A stretch of DNA of 64,000 nt from the human T2T-CHM13v2.0 reference genome, Homo sapiens: NCBI RefSeq assembly GCF_009914755.1, contig NC_060944.1; one strand, written 5' to 3'. Both the position numbers and the translations under genes were made by a program. The notes under the pieces were generated by a model. That model saw only the letters and a program-made list of their open reading frames with translations. It was not told the origin of the DNA and did not search any database. The stretch's first letter is position 1, and each line of letters starts with the position of its first letter. Of this stretch, positions 1 to 13,788 are shown one piece after another.

Positions 1-194
1 AGGTAGATTTCTTCATGGTCCTTTGTTCCTTAGTATTACTCTGGTGATTATCTTATATATTATATAATGAAAGAAATTTCAAAAGTGTGATTAATTAGTT
101 TAGTTTAACATATGGATATTTCTCGATGCAGGATCAGTCTAATCACATAAATCCTATATGTGGTTAAATTAGTGGACGTCTCTCAAAAGCAGGT

Positions 195-428
195 CAGTGT
201 AGTGGCTAACAGCCATGGTCTTGAGTCAGCTGCCTGGGTTGAAGGCCCAGTTCTGCCACTTACCAACTTTATGGCCTTTGCAGGTTTAATTTAACCTGTG
301 TGTAAAATGGGATTGATAATAACACCTTCCTCATAGGACTGCTATGAAGATTCAAGAGTTAGTGTATGGAAAGAGTTTATAACAGAGGCTGGGACCCTTT
401 AGCTACTCACTAAATATTAGATATTATT
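195..428 (+). mobile_element. MIR SINE
   Basis: MIR core (CTGGGTTGAAGGCCCAGTTCTGCCACTTAC...TGTAAAATGGGATTGATAATAACACC...TAAATATTAG). Confidence 0.85.
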
Positions 429-489
429 TTCTGTAGCTGACAGCAAAAAAGAAATTCAAAGAGTTTAAAAACATTAGAAGGATTCAGTA

Positions 490-1155
<666 letters not shown>

Positions 1156-1245
1156 GATATATTTTTTAAATCATCATTTCACCTAGATAAATTTTGTTAT
1201 CTTTGCATAGTTTAATCATGCTTATTCTGTTTAGTAAACTGATCC

Positions 1246-1288
1246 TTTTTTTTATTATTATACTTAAAGTTTTAGGGTACATGTGCAC
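1246..1288 (-). mobile_element. Tiny L1PA 3'-end stub
   Basis: TTTATTATTATACTTAAAGTTTTAGGGTACATGTGCAC is the reverse complement of the young L1PA terminus plus tail. Confidence 0.8.
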
Positions 1289-2037
1289 CAAAGTGTTTTT
1301 GAAAAAGTGAGGTCCCATTTCCCACACTAATTACTGGGTATAGTTGCCTAGCTTAACTTTCCATCAGCTTTCCACTTTTCGAAACTATTTTTGCAATAGC
1401 ATTAATTATTTTTGGGCCAAAGTCCACTATTAAATGTCATTGGAATGATTTCTGGTGATAAGAACTGACAGAGGTGTTGCTTGTTTGTAAAATTCTCATG
1501 TCTTTTGAAATTCAATCTCACATCCCGCTCATTCTACAACCATAGCTTTAGGTTTTACATTTTTCTCTCAGTAGTTAAACTTTCATTGTTCATTTGAGTC
1601 GCGATTTGCTCATTTTTGATAAGTGTGTCTTTGGGTTCTGCTTCTGGTCTTGTCAGTTATTACATACAGGTGCCAAAATAAGGGGTCATGACATGCTTGC
1701 CTTTCAGTGTAACACTGTTTTGGTTTTATTGAACCAAAGGTTTCCTAAAAAGTTTTATAGAAGGAAAGTTTAGCAGTTGGATTGCTAGCACAAAGAGGGA
1801 ATAAAATTGTGGTCCATAGATGTGTTACTCAAAAACATCTCATTTCAATTTCGTGTTCAGAGAATCTTAAAGTAAGGCAAGATGCAAAAGATCAAAATAA
1901 TAACTTTAATTATTGACTAGTTGCATATCACAGGTAAATTATTTATCCTCTCTATGATTTAGTTTTTACATCTACAAAATGACATACCCATTCATTAGTT
2001 TCCTTGAGATCTAGTGCTGCTTAAATTTTTCCTTAAA

Positions 2038-2211
2038 GTAGTCGTTCTTAAAGTGTGATCTCTGGACCAGCGGCAGCCTTACCTGGGAAGTTAGAAATGC
2101 AAGTGGTCCCACTACAGACTTCATAAATCAGAAACTCTGGAGGTACAGCCTAGGAATCTATGCTTAACAAGACCTTCCAGATGATTCCATGGGAAAGTTT
2201 GACAACCACTG
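2038..2211 (+). mobile_element. MER5A (hAT-Charlie MITE)
   Basis: GTTCTTAAAGTGTGATCTCTGGACCAGC...GTTAGAAATGCAA...ATCAGAAACTCTGG...AAGTTTGACAACCACTG. Confidence 0.85.
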
Positions 2212-2984
2212 CCATAGCAGAGACTAACAATGTCTTAGCATTGGGCCTTGCATATGCTTAATGAAAAGCAGTTGACTTAGGTAATCGTGTATGAAAAGAA
2301 GAAGGATTATATGAATAATAGAAATTAGCTGGGGATGCTAGCACATAGCTCAAAGGGGTTCTTTGAAACATGTAATTTTGAAAGCTCCATGAGAGGTTGT
2401 TTTGCACCTTTCCTTGTTTTAATATAGAAATACTTCTAAAGTTACTTTAAAAATTAAAAAAATGGGTTTCTGTTTTAATACTAAATAAAATTAAGGAAAA
2501 TGAAAGTTCCAGGGAGAAACATGATGCTCCTACAGCTTTGAAGATCCCTTAGCCCATCTCTGGTTACTCTCAGGGTAACTTGCATTTGAGATTCATGGGT
2601 CTAACCAGTGTGGCTAGTGGAATCCTGTTGGGACTGACCAAATCTGGTTTCTCTTCTGGGTGCATTACGTTGTTCATTTCCTATGTGTCTGATAGGTTGG
2701 TTTCCTTTTAGAGCCTTCATTGGTCATCATGAACAGTGATGTCGATGTTTCTGTGGGATTTTTTAGGAAGAGCTAAACATTGCTGCAACTCCCCTTCTCT
2801 GTTGAAGTCTGCAGCATCACTGTGGAAAGCAGCATTCTGCTACACTGCTGGCCACATTTTCTCTGTTGTCTCTGTTAAATGGAGGGGCAAAGAAGACCCT
2901 TTGGTGCAAAGAGTCTCTCTTTCTTACAAACTAAAAACTGATAGTGCCTATTTGCAGTTCATTTCCTGTGTAATACTACATACA

Positions 2985-3570
2985 AACACACACACACACA
3001 CACCCCTATATATACATATATGTAATACTATATATAGAATTTTATATATATAAAATTCTACATATGTAGAATTTTATATATATAAAATTCTACATATATA
3101 GAATTTTTATATATAGAATTTTCTATATCTATAAAATTTCACATTTTTTAATGTGTGAAAAGATAGAAATTTATATACCTATATATGTAGTATTCCATAT
3201 ATGTGAGTGTATATACCCATGTGTATACCCATGTATATATAGGTATTTAGATATATATACCTACATAAACATATATATGATACTGTATATGTTATACATA
3301 TATATGTATTATCTCTACATATACATATATAGTATTGTAAGTATTGTATATATACCTACATATACACATATAATACTACATATATGTATATATGTAATAC
3401 TATATATGTATATAATATTTAGTGCTGTATATGTATAGGTATGTATGTATATGTAATACTATATATAGGCATATATACATATATGTATATATGTATATGT
3501 ATGTGTAAATATGTGTATATACATATATAGATATATATATGTACCTACATATACATAATGCATACGTACA
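2985..3570. repeat. (CA)n/(TA)n-rich low-complexity tract with palindromic units
   Basis: Seen directly in the sequence. Confidence 0.95.
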
Positions 3571-3747
3571 ACAAAAAATGAGTAAACAAATCAATATAAA
3601 TTTAAATGTGGATAATTCCTATAACAAAAAATAAAGTAAAATAAGTATTAAAGAGAGATTGGGTGGAAGGGCTACCATATAGGGGCTGGATAGGAAAGGG
3701 CCTTCTGTTAAGGTAGCATTTAATCAAAGAGCTAAATGAAGAACCTA

Positions 3748-4164
<417 letters not shown>

Positions 4165-4594
4165 TTAAAAAATGTATTCAATAAGTTGTAATCCAAAAGT
4201 AGAGTCTGTAAAAACAATCAAATGTGGTATTTCAGAAAAGACTGAAAGTAGAGTTTTAGTTGAAAAAAATAATTCTATTGTACTTTTCAAGGAAAGAAAA
4301 GAGTTTTCAATGAAACATACTCAGATATTGGCAATGGTAGCACCAAGACAAGAAAGTTTCCTAAACATCTACAGATTTAAACGATTGATTTGTTATTATA
4401 GCCTGTCTAGGCAAGTAGCTTTGCTCCAGATTTTTTATGGGAGACTGAATCTGCAGCATAGATGACCTTGTTTCAAGGTTGATTATGGTCTCTTAATGAC
4501 TCTTTAGGTCTTTTTTAAAGTTCCCAGAGCTTATGAATGTCATTATACTAGGTGATGTTGTTAGTTGGGAATTATTTGGAAGTACTGTTCATAG

Positions 4595-5169
<575 letters not shown>

Positions 5170-5599
5170 CGTGTTTCTTTATTCTTCTCGTTTTTGTTTT
5201 TGTTTTTGTTTTTTGTTTTTTTCCTTGTTTGGCTATGACTTAACTGTAGGTTGTCTTGTTAATGTCTCGTTTCAGTTTCAGGGATAGTTACTAATTGACA
5301 GGGATAAGTGGGGTGGTAGGATAATGGTGGATATAAGCAGTTATTAGGTATCCAAGCCATACTTGCAAAATATACTAAAATGGGGTGGACATTTCTCAGC
5401 CATCTGGTGTAGTGATGGAGTTGCTTGCCACTCCTTTCAGGCTACTCAGGGCAAGGGAAACAGATTAAACAGGTTCTTCTTGAATAGTAAAAAAGTAAAC
5501 ATGGTGAGCAGTGCTTTTAATGAAGATAAGTCTATATAATTATATTTGGAAAGACCCAAATTATAATCACAAAAGATGGGAATGTGGCAGATTTCATAA

Positions 5600-5805
5600 G
5601 TTCTGTTTCCAAATTCTAGCTCAAATATTTAATAACTTTCTGATAATAGCAAAATCACTTCTAATCTTTTAGTACCCACATTTCTTCATCTGAACAATGG
5701 GAACAATAATAATAACTACTTTGGGAAGTCATAGTGATGATTAAATAAGTGACAATATGCAGAGTATTTAGAATAACACATCACATATGAATGTTATGTA
5801 AGTTG
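5600..5805 (+). mobile_element. MIR
   Basis: TTTCTTCATCTGAACAATGGGAACAATAATA core. Confidence 0.65.
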
Positions 5806-5977
5806 AATTAGTTATCTATTACTGTATAGCAAATTATCTCAAAACTCAGTGGCTTTAAACAACTATATATATACATACACATGATTATATACTACATAAG
5901 GATATTGTGTGTGTACATATGTGTGTATATATATATGACTAGTCATGTACATGTATTTATTGTATATATATATCTGA

Positions 5978-6008
<31 letters not shown>

Positions 6009-6110
6009 CTGTGATTAGTTGACTGGGGCTGAAGGATTGTCTTTCAATAGGGCTCACACACATGACTGGCAAGTTGGTGATAGCAATTGTCAGGAGGCCC
6101 CTTAGCAGTT
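5806..6110 (-). mobile_element. MLT1-type LTR fragment containing a (TA)/(TG)n microsatellite
   Basis: TTAGTTATCTATTACTGTATAGCAAATTATCTCAAAACTCAGTGGCTTTAAAC; GGCTCACACACATGACTGGCAAGTTGG; (TG)n at 5978-6005. Confidence 0.7.
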
Positions 6111-6129
6111 CCTAATAATAGTCCAGTTC

Positions 6130-6600
6130 AGTGTATAGAATCTGAAGGAAACCAAGATGAGGCTGGAGAGGTAGATGTGGGTCAAATCCCTAAGAGTATG
6201 GTGAGCCATGCTAAATAGTTCAGAGTCTTATTCCAAGGGCAATGGGAAACTATTGAGGAGATTTTACCTTGAAGATGAAGGTCAGATTTGCTTTTTAGTA
6301 AAAGTCATTTTGGAGTCTACTGCTATGTAGAACAGACTAAAAGGCCTGGGCAATACTGATGCTTTGGAATGGAGAGAGAGGTAAGTAGTAGGCTCAACAA
6401 ACCTCAGTGATTGATATTGGATGTGGGCATAAACCGAGGAAAGATAATGCTTCCTAGAATTATTACTTGGAAGTTAGGGGTATAAGAACGTTGTGAATGA
6501 AGGACAAAAACAGATTTGAAAGTAGAAAATGATTTTTTTTTTTTTTAGCTTGGCTCTTATTAAGTTTGAGGAGAAATGGAGAGAGGTCTAAATGATAAGG
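6130..6600 (+). mobile_element. L2 fragment
   Basis: GATGAGGCTGGAGAGGTAG...CAATGGGAAACTATTGAGGAG...GGTCAGATTTGC. Confidence 0.7.
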
Positions 6601-6631
6601 TAGTCACTTGACATGAATAGTCAAGTTTAGA

Positions 6632-6957
6632 GACAGGCATGTTGGCTCATGCCTATAATCCCAATATTTGGGAGGCTGAGGCAGGAGGATCACTTGAGGC
6701 CAGGAGTTTGAGATCAGCCTGGTCAACATAGAGAGACCCTATCTCTTCACAAAAGTAACTAAAAATCAGCTAAGCATGGTGGCACACACCTGTAGTCCCA
6801 GCTACTCAGGAGTCTGAGGTAGGAAGATTACTTGAGCCTTGGAGTTCAACATTGCAGTGAGCTGTGATCACGCACTGCACTCCAGCCTGGGCAACAGAGC
6901 AAGACCCTTCAAAAAATATATAAACAAGCAAACAAACAAACAAAAAACAAACAAAAA
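6632..6957 (+). mobile_element. AluJ
   Basis: GGAGGATCACTTGAGGCCAGG and GAGCTGTGATCAC J-type diagnostics; TSD TCAAGTTTAGA / TCAAGTTTACA. Confidence 0.9.
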
Positions 6958-8169
6958 TCAAGTTTACAAATCTATCTCTTTAAAATTTTTCTTTTCAAGA
7001 GCTGCCTCCAAAGTGAGCTAATAAAATTGAATTTGCCAATGAAACAAAGTCTTTGCAAAACTGAAATATGAATCCCTTTTTCACCGATTTTGGAAAGTGT
7101 TTTGAATGTCTGGTGCTTTCATGGTGTCTGGATCCTGAAGGGTGGAACATCCATCTGGTTCTTATGTCTAGAGGTGAGTCCCCTTGAGAGACCTGTATTA
7201 AATGAAGTATGCCTTGCCTTGAATCCTGCAACTGCCAAGACAAGGTCAGGAACCCCACCATGAGGAATCAAGAAGGCCAGAGCATGGTTGGTGACTTCTT
7301 CTGCATCAGGGAGGTCACAGAGGTGTAGTGAGTTGCCGCCACCATCTGGCTGTGGCCTCAGCAAGGAGGAAATGAGGATCTCTCACAGCTGGGGCAATAA
7401 GACAGCCAAGCAAATGATCTTGCTGTGTGGACAAAATGTGTGAAAGATTTCACCAGTGCATCTCTCTGACAGCTCCTGGCATTAAAAGACACAGTTTTCT
7501 ATACTCAGCTATTTTAAAAAAATTTTTAGTTGTTGGTGTTCTTAGTTTTCCCCAACAGGACACCATTCCCCTGCTGTAGAGGTGAAGAGAAGCTTTCTCT
7601 CTCTGTTCTTGAGACCTGAGAGAATTTCTTCCTAGGTGAAGATTTCAATGGTGTAGCTGGATGGCTTATCAGAGGGCATATAGAAAGAGCCAGATGCCAT
7701 AAATCTTTCCTGGATATAAATAAATAGAACAGAATAAAACTAGACTCCTAATGCATTTCTAGGGACAAACAACCAATTGAGCATGTATTTATTGACCTGC
7801 TATGTGCTCAGCAATGTCATAGAGACTCTTGACAGTGGTAAGAGGAATATATGAAAAATATATGGGGTGAACCACCTTTTTTCCCAGCTATCGATACTAA
7901 ATATCATTAAATATGTATATATTTGGCTCTTTCTATTACTGCTGCTATTTCTACATCACAGATGCTTATTTGTTAGTCACTACTGCCATTATCCCCACTG
8001 CAATTACTCACAGTGCTTTTCTCATAGTTTTTGAAAATAATTAGTGATCATTCAATAAAAAGCAACTTTTATTTCCAATATGATCATGACGATAATGACA
8101 AATACTACTATACTTGCTTTACTAAGGTAATGACAAATACTACTATACATGTTGTACTAATTATTTCTA

Positions 8170-8380
8170 CTGTTTATTTAGTATTTTCTATATGTCAGCC
8201 ATTGTACTCAGCCTTTACATACATTTTCTTATTTAATCCCTGCTTTTTTTCCATGTGGCCTTGGCTATAAGAATATCCTTTACTCTCTAGATGAGAAAAT
8301 TCAACCGGAAAAAAAGTTGGACATTTTGCCCAAGTAGTTAGGGAAAAGAGTCTAGTCTCTGGAATATTGAAGATGCTCAA
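8170..8380 (-). mobile_element. MIR
   Basis: TATTTAATCC...TAGATGAGAAAATT...TTGCCCAAG. Confidence 0.6.
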
Positions 8381-8654
8381 AAAACAATTGCCAATTAAGT
8401 TATTAACCCTAAAGATAATACTTCATTGTGTAGTCTTTGAGCCCAAATAGTAGCTGTTTAGCCAAAATTGTTTTATGGACATTTTATATGGCCCACACAA
8501 GTTTTTTTTAATGTAAATTAGGGAACATCATTTTAAATTGGGAGAATTCATGTCTCTCTGTCTCACGCAATTAGAATTTATAGACTGCTTTTGAAAAAAA
8601 TGTAAGAAGTGGCTACTTCATACAATGTCCTATATCTTTTTTCCTTTTCTAAAA

Positions 8655-9040
8655 ATGGACGCATTGTGACTGTACATATTTATAGGGTACAATTTGATGT
8701 TCTGTTACATATATATGTTGTATAATGATCAAATCAGAGTATTCAGCATATCCATCATCTCATACACTTATCATTGCTTTGTGACAAAGACATTGAAAAG
8801 CCTCTCTTCAAGCTATTTTATAATATACAATACCTTACTGTTAACCATGGTCACCCTACTGTGCAACAAAACACCAGAACTTATTCCTCCTAATTATAAC
8901 TCTCTACCCATTGACCAGCCTCTCTTCATCCTCTCCATTTGCTCTCCTCCTCAGTCTCTGGTAACAACTGTTTTACTCTCTGCTTCTAAGATAGTTTCTC
9001 TTTTTTTCCTGTTTTTAGATTCCACATATGAGTGAGATCA
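8655..9040 (-). mobile_element. L1MA-type 3' UTR fragment
   Basis: TGTACATATTTATAGGGTACAA...AATGATCAAATCAG...TTTTAGATTCCACATATGAGTGAGATCA. Confidence 0.85.
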
Positions 9041-10172
9041 CCTTGTCTCGTATTTTGACCTGGAAATAATTTCCCGATGGGGAGTAGCAGCCAATGCCAG
9101 GTAGCCGCAGTATTTGCCCAGCCTGCTTTACCTGCTAAAAAGCCTGTAATCCTTTCAGTTTGAGACCTCCGAAAAAATGCATTGAAGTTTCATATCATAC
9201 AGCCCCACAAATTTAATTAGTGAATTTGATGACTTGGAAGTGTAACCGCCCAAGAATACAGATCAGGGCAAGATGCAATAGTGTTATACTATGGCACAGA
9301 CAGAAGCGGTATAAAAATTTGAGAACTGAAGTAGACCAATGTTCTAGGGTAAGCAGGGATGATTTCATGGGAGCAGTTGAACTTCAGCCATGATTGAATG
9401 ATGGGCACCCTTTGTAAAAGTAGAGAGGAGAAAAAACACAATCGTTTTTGCATGATACCCACAAATAATAAAGGACATCACGAATCTGTGTCTCCTTAAG
9501 TTTTAGAAACAACAGCTTCTAGCAAGAGCACTGAAATTGGGATTCGTATTCACCAGAATCATACTGAGTTTTGAAATTCCCAAAATGGCCTGAGAATAGG
9601 TAAGTGAAGTTAAGTAAGACCTAAGGTCCTGGAAATGCCCTGAGAACTAATTGGCACTACAGAGATTCATGAGAGAATCCTTGTGGTACCACTTTCTGCC
9701 TCACAGAACTGACTTCACTTGCTGGGCCACATCCCCCTCTTTTCTTCTGCCTTCTGGTTCCTAATGCTTCCAGAAGGAGAGACACTGGGAAGCCCAAGGA
9801 TTGTACCAATTATAATCAGCTCCATCAGTGTCACAGGGCAGGCACAAAACATCCCAGTTCTTCCAGACAGAAACCTCTCTGGCTCTTGCTGTCAAGGCCA
9901 AAGTTGCCTACCCTCAAATTCCCAAAGTCACAGAAATCCTAACTTTCCAATCTCTCTAGCAATGTGGTTGCTGACCTTAGAGCTACCAATACCAAGTCTA
10001 TTGTCTTAGGTTTGTTTCTACCAGAAAGAGGATTTTCCATCTTTCTGATATCCCAATGCAATGGAAGCAAATAGAGGGTGCTGAGTTAAATATTTTTTTT
10101 TGGCATCAAATAGATAGTATTTGATTCCTTTGCATACTCTTGGGCTCATTTCCTAATCATCTAATTCCTGGT

Positions 10173-10557
10173 ATATTATTCAGTTTTCACACTGCCTTAA
10201 AGAACTTCCCTGAGACTAAGTAATTTGTAAAGGAAAGAGGTTTTATTGGCTCACAGTTCTACATGGCTGGGGAGGCCTCAGGAAACTTACCATCATGGTG
10301 GAAGGCAAAAGGGAAGCAAGCACCGTCTTCACAAGGCAGCAGGAGAGAGAAGCAAGCAAGAGTAGGGAAAAACTGCCTTATAAAACCATCAGATCTCATG
10401 AGAACTCACTATCATGAGAACAGTATGAGGGAAACCTTCCCCATGATCCAATCACCCCCCTCTCTGGGCATGTGAGGATTACAGGTCTCTCCCGCAACAC
10501 ATGGGGATCACAATGTGAGATGAAATTTGAGTGGTAATACAGAGCCAAACCATATCA
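10173..10557 (-). mobile_element. THE1D/MSTA-like MaLR solo LTR
   Basis: AAGGAAAGAGGTTTTATTGGCTCACAGTTC...GGAGGCCTCAGGAAACTTAC...GAGCCAAACCATATCA. Confidence 0.9.
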
Positions 10558-10708
10558 CTTAGTTTCCTTGTCTGTAAAATGTTGAAAATAGTTGTTATGA
10601 GAATTAAATCAGATCTGTCATGTAAAGCATTCAGAGCAGTAGCTAGCACATATTGAGCGCTCAAAATTCATTATTTCATGAATATTGTTATTGATGTTAT
10701 TATTGCCA
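10558..10708 (+). mobile_element. MIR 3' half
   Basis: AGTTTCCTTGTCTGTAAAATG...GTTGTTATGAGAATTAAAT...TGTAAAGCATT. Confidence 0.75.
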
Positions 10709-11819
10709 TAAGGAGGTAATACGAGGCAAGAAAAAAAGAAGTAATATGAGAATTCCAGCAGAACTTGGCAAATTAGTGTACATTCCAGTGGATAATCACA
10801 ATTCAGAGGTACAGGTGAGAGGTCCAAAGAAACTTCAATGTCATAAGCAAGGGAGGAAGTTGTATCTGTGTCTCTTAGAGAAATGTGAGAGGCAACATTC
10901 CATTCTGTGTTTTAGCAAGTCACAGGTAAAAATGCTAGTGACAAGTGCAAATGGTTTGCTCAGCACCTGGAAAGCGCATGGTGTGAACTTGTTCCACAGC
11001 TAGGTGCAGGCACCTCAGGGTGAGCCGAGGTGTGAATGAAACAAGAGACCCATTAATTCAGTGGCAGCTGGAGCAATGGAAGGCTAATTGCATTTCTAAA
11101 GAAGTGGTAATCTGACCACTTTCTTTCTGCTTGTCCACGTTTATAGCATCAAGCTGCTTTGCATGCACCCCAAAGGCTCCTGGTGGCAGGCAGGACTCTA
11201 AGTCATCCAGCTTCACATGACACTTCTCTCAGCCTGGTGATCATTTCCAAGACCATGCCTCATTAAATCAGCCGGCCAGTGCTTGGATGCTTCAAATTTA
11301 TGGTAGAGTCATGACACCAAAATGCTTGGGGCTGTCCATCAAAACAGGCTTCATTAACAAATACTGAAAATGAAAGAATTCTTCCTAGGCTCTACTCCTC
11401 GACAATCAGATGATGACTGGGGGTCACCACAGATCCTTGAACAGTTTGCATGATTTGCAATCCTGTCAAGTGATCTATTTTGAATGACTGTTGTAGGAGA
11501 GAGGGAGAAGTGGAGAGGCAAGAAGAAGAGGTTCAGATTTTTCTTTTCTTGGCTTTATTTTACAGAATCAAACCGTCCCTCTTCCTGTTTTTGACAGTCT
11601 GCAGTGGCAGAAATCATCACGTTATGGTATCAAAAGCAAGTAGTTTTCCTTGTCCTACCACAATAATAAGTTTAGGCTGCATCATTGTAAATCATTAAAC
11701 TTCCAAGATGGATAGATATTTAGCAATCAAATGATCTCTCCTCTTATTTTACTAATGAAGAAACAGGGGCCCAGGAAGTTTAGGTGAGATATGTGAAGCC
11801 ACAGGGTCCTGTTGACATG

Positions 11820-12366
11820 TACGGTTTCTACCTCATCTCTAATATGGCAATAGCACCTCCATTTTCCTTTAAGTAAATAGCCTTTTTAATTCTCAGTGCA
11901 TATGGCTCAGGCAAGGCCCACCTGAGTTTGCCTGGGACCTGCCATCAAGCTCCAAGTTCCAATAGTTGGCAGGGAACCCAGGTTTGGTCAATTAAGTGAT
12001 TGAATTAGGTTCATTCTAGTGGCCCTAGCTAGGCCAATGACATGATGTTCCTGGAATTGACCTAGAACTATTAATAAAGGGAAGCTCTCTTTCCCATTAG
12101 GGTTGCTGAGCTGGTTGGGTGTAGTCTTGGAACTACCAGAGACTATATGCTAAGAAACCACCTACTACTGAAGCCAGCATAGCAATCAATGGCAAGAAGA
12201 AACAAAGAAATACTCATTTTTCATGATAATATTAAGGCTCTGGGTCAAATTTTAGGAATTTTCAGTAGCCTGAAATAGTACTATTACTGATTAATCGATT
12301 GATTTTTAATTTAAGCCATTTTGAGTTAGGTTTCTTCATTTATAAACCAAAAAATTTCTGACTACA
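11820..12366 (+). mobile_element. LTR16/LTR33-like ERVL LTR
   Basis: GAAGCTCTCTTTCC...GTTGCTGAGCTGG...TTTAAGCCATTTTGAGTTAGGTTTC...CTGACTACA. Confidence 0.6.
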
Positions 12367-12689
12367 TTAGAGCTATCTAGATCACAGGTCATTCTGAGGT
12401 CTGGACCAGAGACCTCTCTACTTTCTCATTAAGAGCAAGGGTAAGAATAAACAACAAGAGTTACCAAAGAATATTAATAAGTTCAGCTATAATTGCGACC
12501 AAAAGATTGAACTTGCAGAATCTTAAGCAGAGATGTCCCTGCTAGGCTTAGAGGCCTTGGAGAAGACCAGCTAGCAGCAACATTGTGCTTAATTGTAATC
12601 CCCAACCAAAAATGATGAGGTGTGTCACATTCATTTTCCCTTTGCAACTTGGCCCCTTCCTCACTAATGTGACCTTGAACACTTTTTGT

Positions 12690-13230
12690 CTTATCTCTTG
12701 TTCTGGATAGCTATTTCCATATAGCAAACCACCACCAAAAATAAAAGTGACCTAAAACCATGACAACAATTTATTTTGCTTACAGTTTTGAGGGTTAATT
12801 GAGCTCAGGTAGTGTGGGTGCTCTCAAGTGCCTACAGTCAGATGTTGGCTGGGTCTGAGGTCATCTCAAAAGCTTTTCACTAAACTATTTAGTACCATGG
12901 CTGGAAATAATTAAAAAGCTGAGGTAGAAGAGCTGAGGCTTCTTTAGCATCTCCTTCTCCTCTCTGTGATCTCTCCAAGTGAGACCTACGTATGGTGGTC
13001 CAAGGATTCTTAGGCTTCTTACATGACAACTGAAGGCACGCAGATCAGGTGTTATGAGAATAATCAGCAGAAGCTGTGTGGCCTTTTCTAACATAGAGTC
13101 AGAAGTCATTCAGCATCATGTCTGCCATGTTTCGTTCATCACGATAGTCACAAGGACTCAATAGGTTCAAAAGTAGGGACAAAGACATCCCTTTTGTTGG
13201 GCCAAGTGTTAACACGTTTTCAGACATGCT
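12690..13230 (-). mobile_element. MLT1G/H-like MaLR LTR
   Basis: AGCAAACCACCACCAAAA...TTATTTTGCTTACAGTTTTG...CAGAAGCTGTGTGGCCTTTTCTAAC...CAGAAGTCA. Confidence 0.7.
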
Positions 13231-13467
13231 TTTCCTAAAATTTTTATTTTAAAAGAAATATAGACCTAGGAAGTTACAAAAATAGTACATAGTCCTATGT
13301 ATCCTTTACCCTGTCACCCCAGTTATGGCATCTTATAGAACCACTGTGCAATATCAAAACAAGGAATTTGGTATTTGTATATTATTGTTACCAAGACTTT
13401 TTATTTGTATATTATTGTTACCAGATCTTTTCAATTTTTTACCATTTCTCTAAACCTGCATTCATTT

Positions 13468-13501
<34 letters not shown>
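13468..13501. repeat. (TG)n microsatellite
   Basis: Seen directly in the sequence. Confidence 0.95.
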
Positions 13502-13504
<3 letters not shown>

Positions 13505-13512
13505 CTATGCAA

Positions 13513-13788
13513 TTTTTTTTTTTTTTGAGATGGAATGTTGCTCAGTCGCCTAGGCTAGAGTGCAGTGGCGTTATCTTGGCTCACTGCAACCTCTACCTCA
13601 GCTATATTCTCCTGCCTCAGCTTCCCAAGTAGCTGGGACTACAGATGCATGCCATCATGTCTGGCTAATTTTTGTATTTTTAGTAGAGACAAGGTTTCGT
13701 CATGTTGGCCAGTCTGGTGTCGAACTCCTGACCTCAGGTGATCCTCCTGCCTCGGCCTCCCAAAGTACTGGGATTACAGGCACCAGCC
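13513..13788 (-). mobile_element. AluSx-like with small deletions
   Basis: Antisense Alu; TSD TGCAATTTT on both sides. Confidence 0.9.

Noticed and set aside
3151-3594. Ile/Tyr-rich ORFs
   Set aside because: They are read-through of (TA)n low-complexity DNA.
7333-7355. CTCF-like CAGCCAGATGGTGGC on the - strand
   Set aside because: It has mismatches at key core positions, so it is too weak without a PWM or ChIP support.
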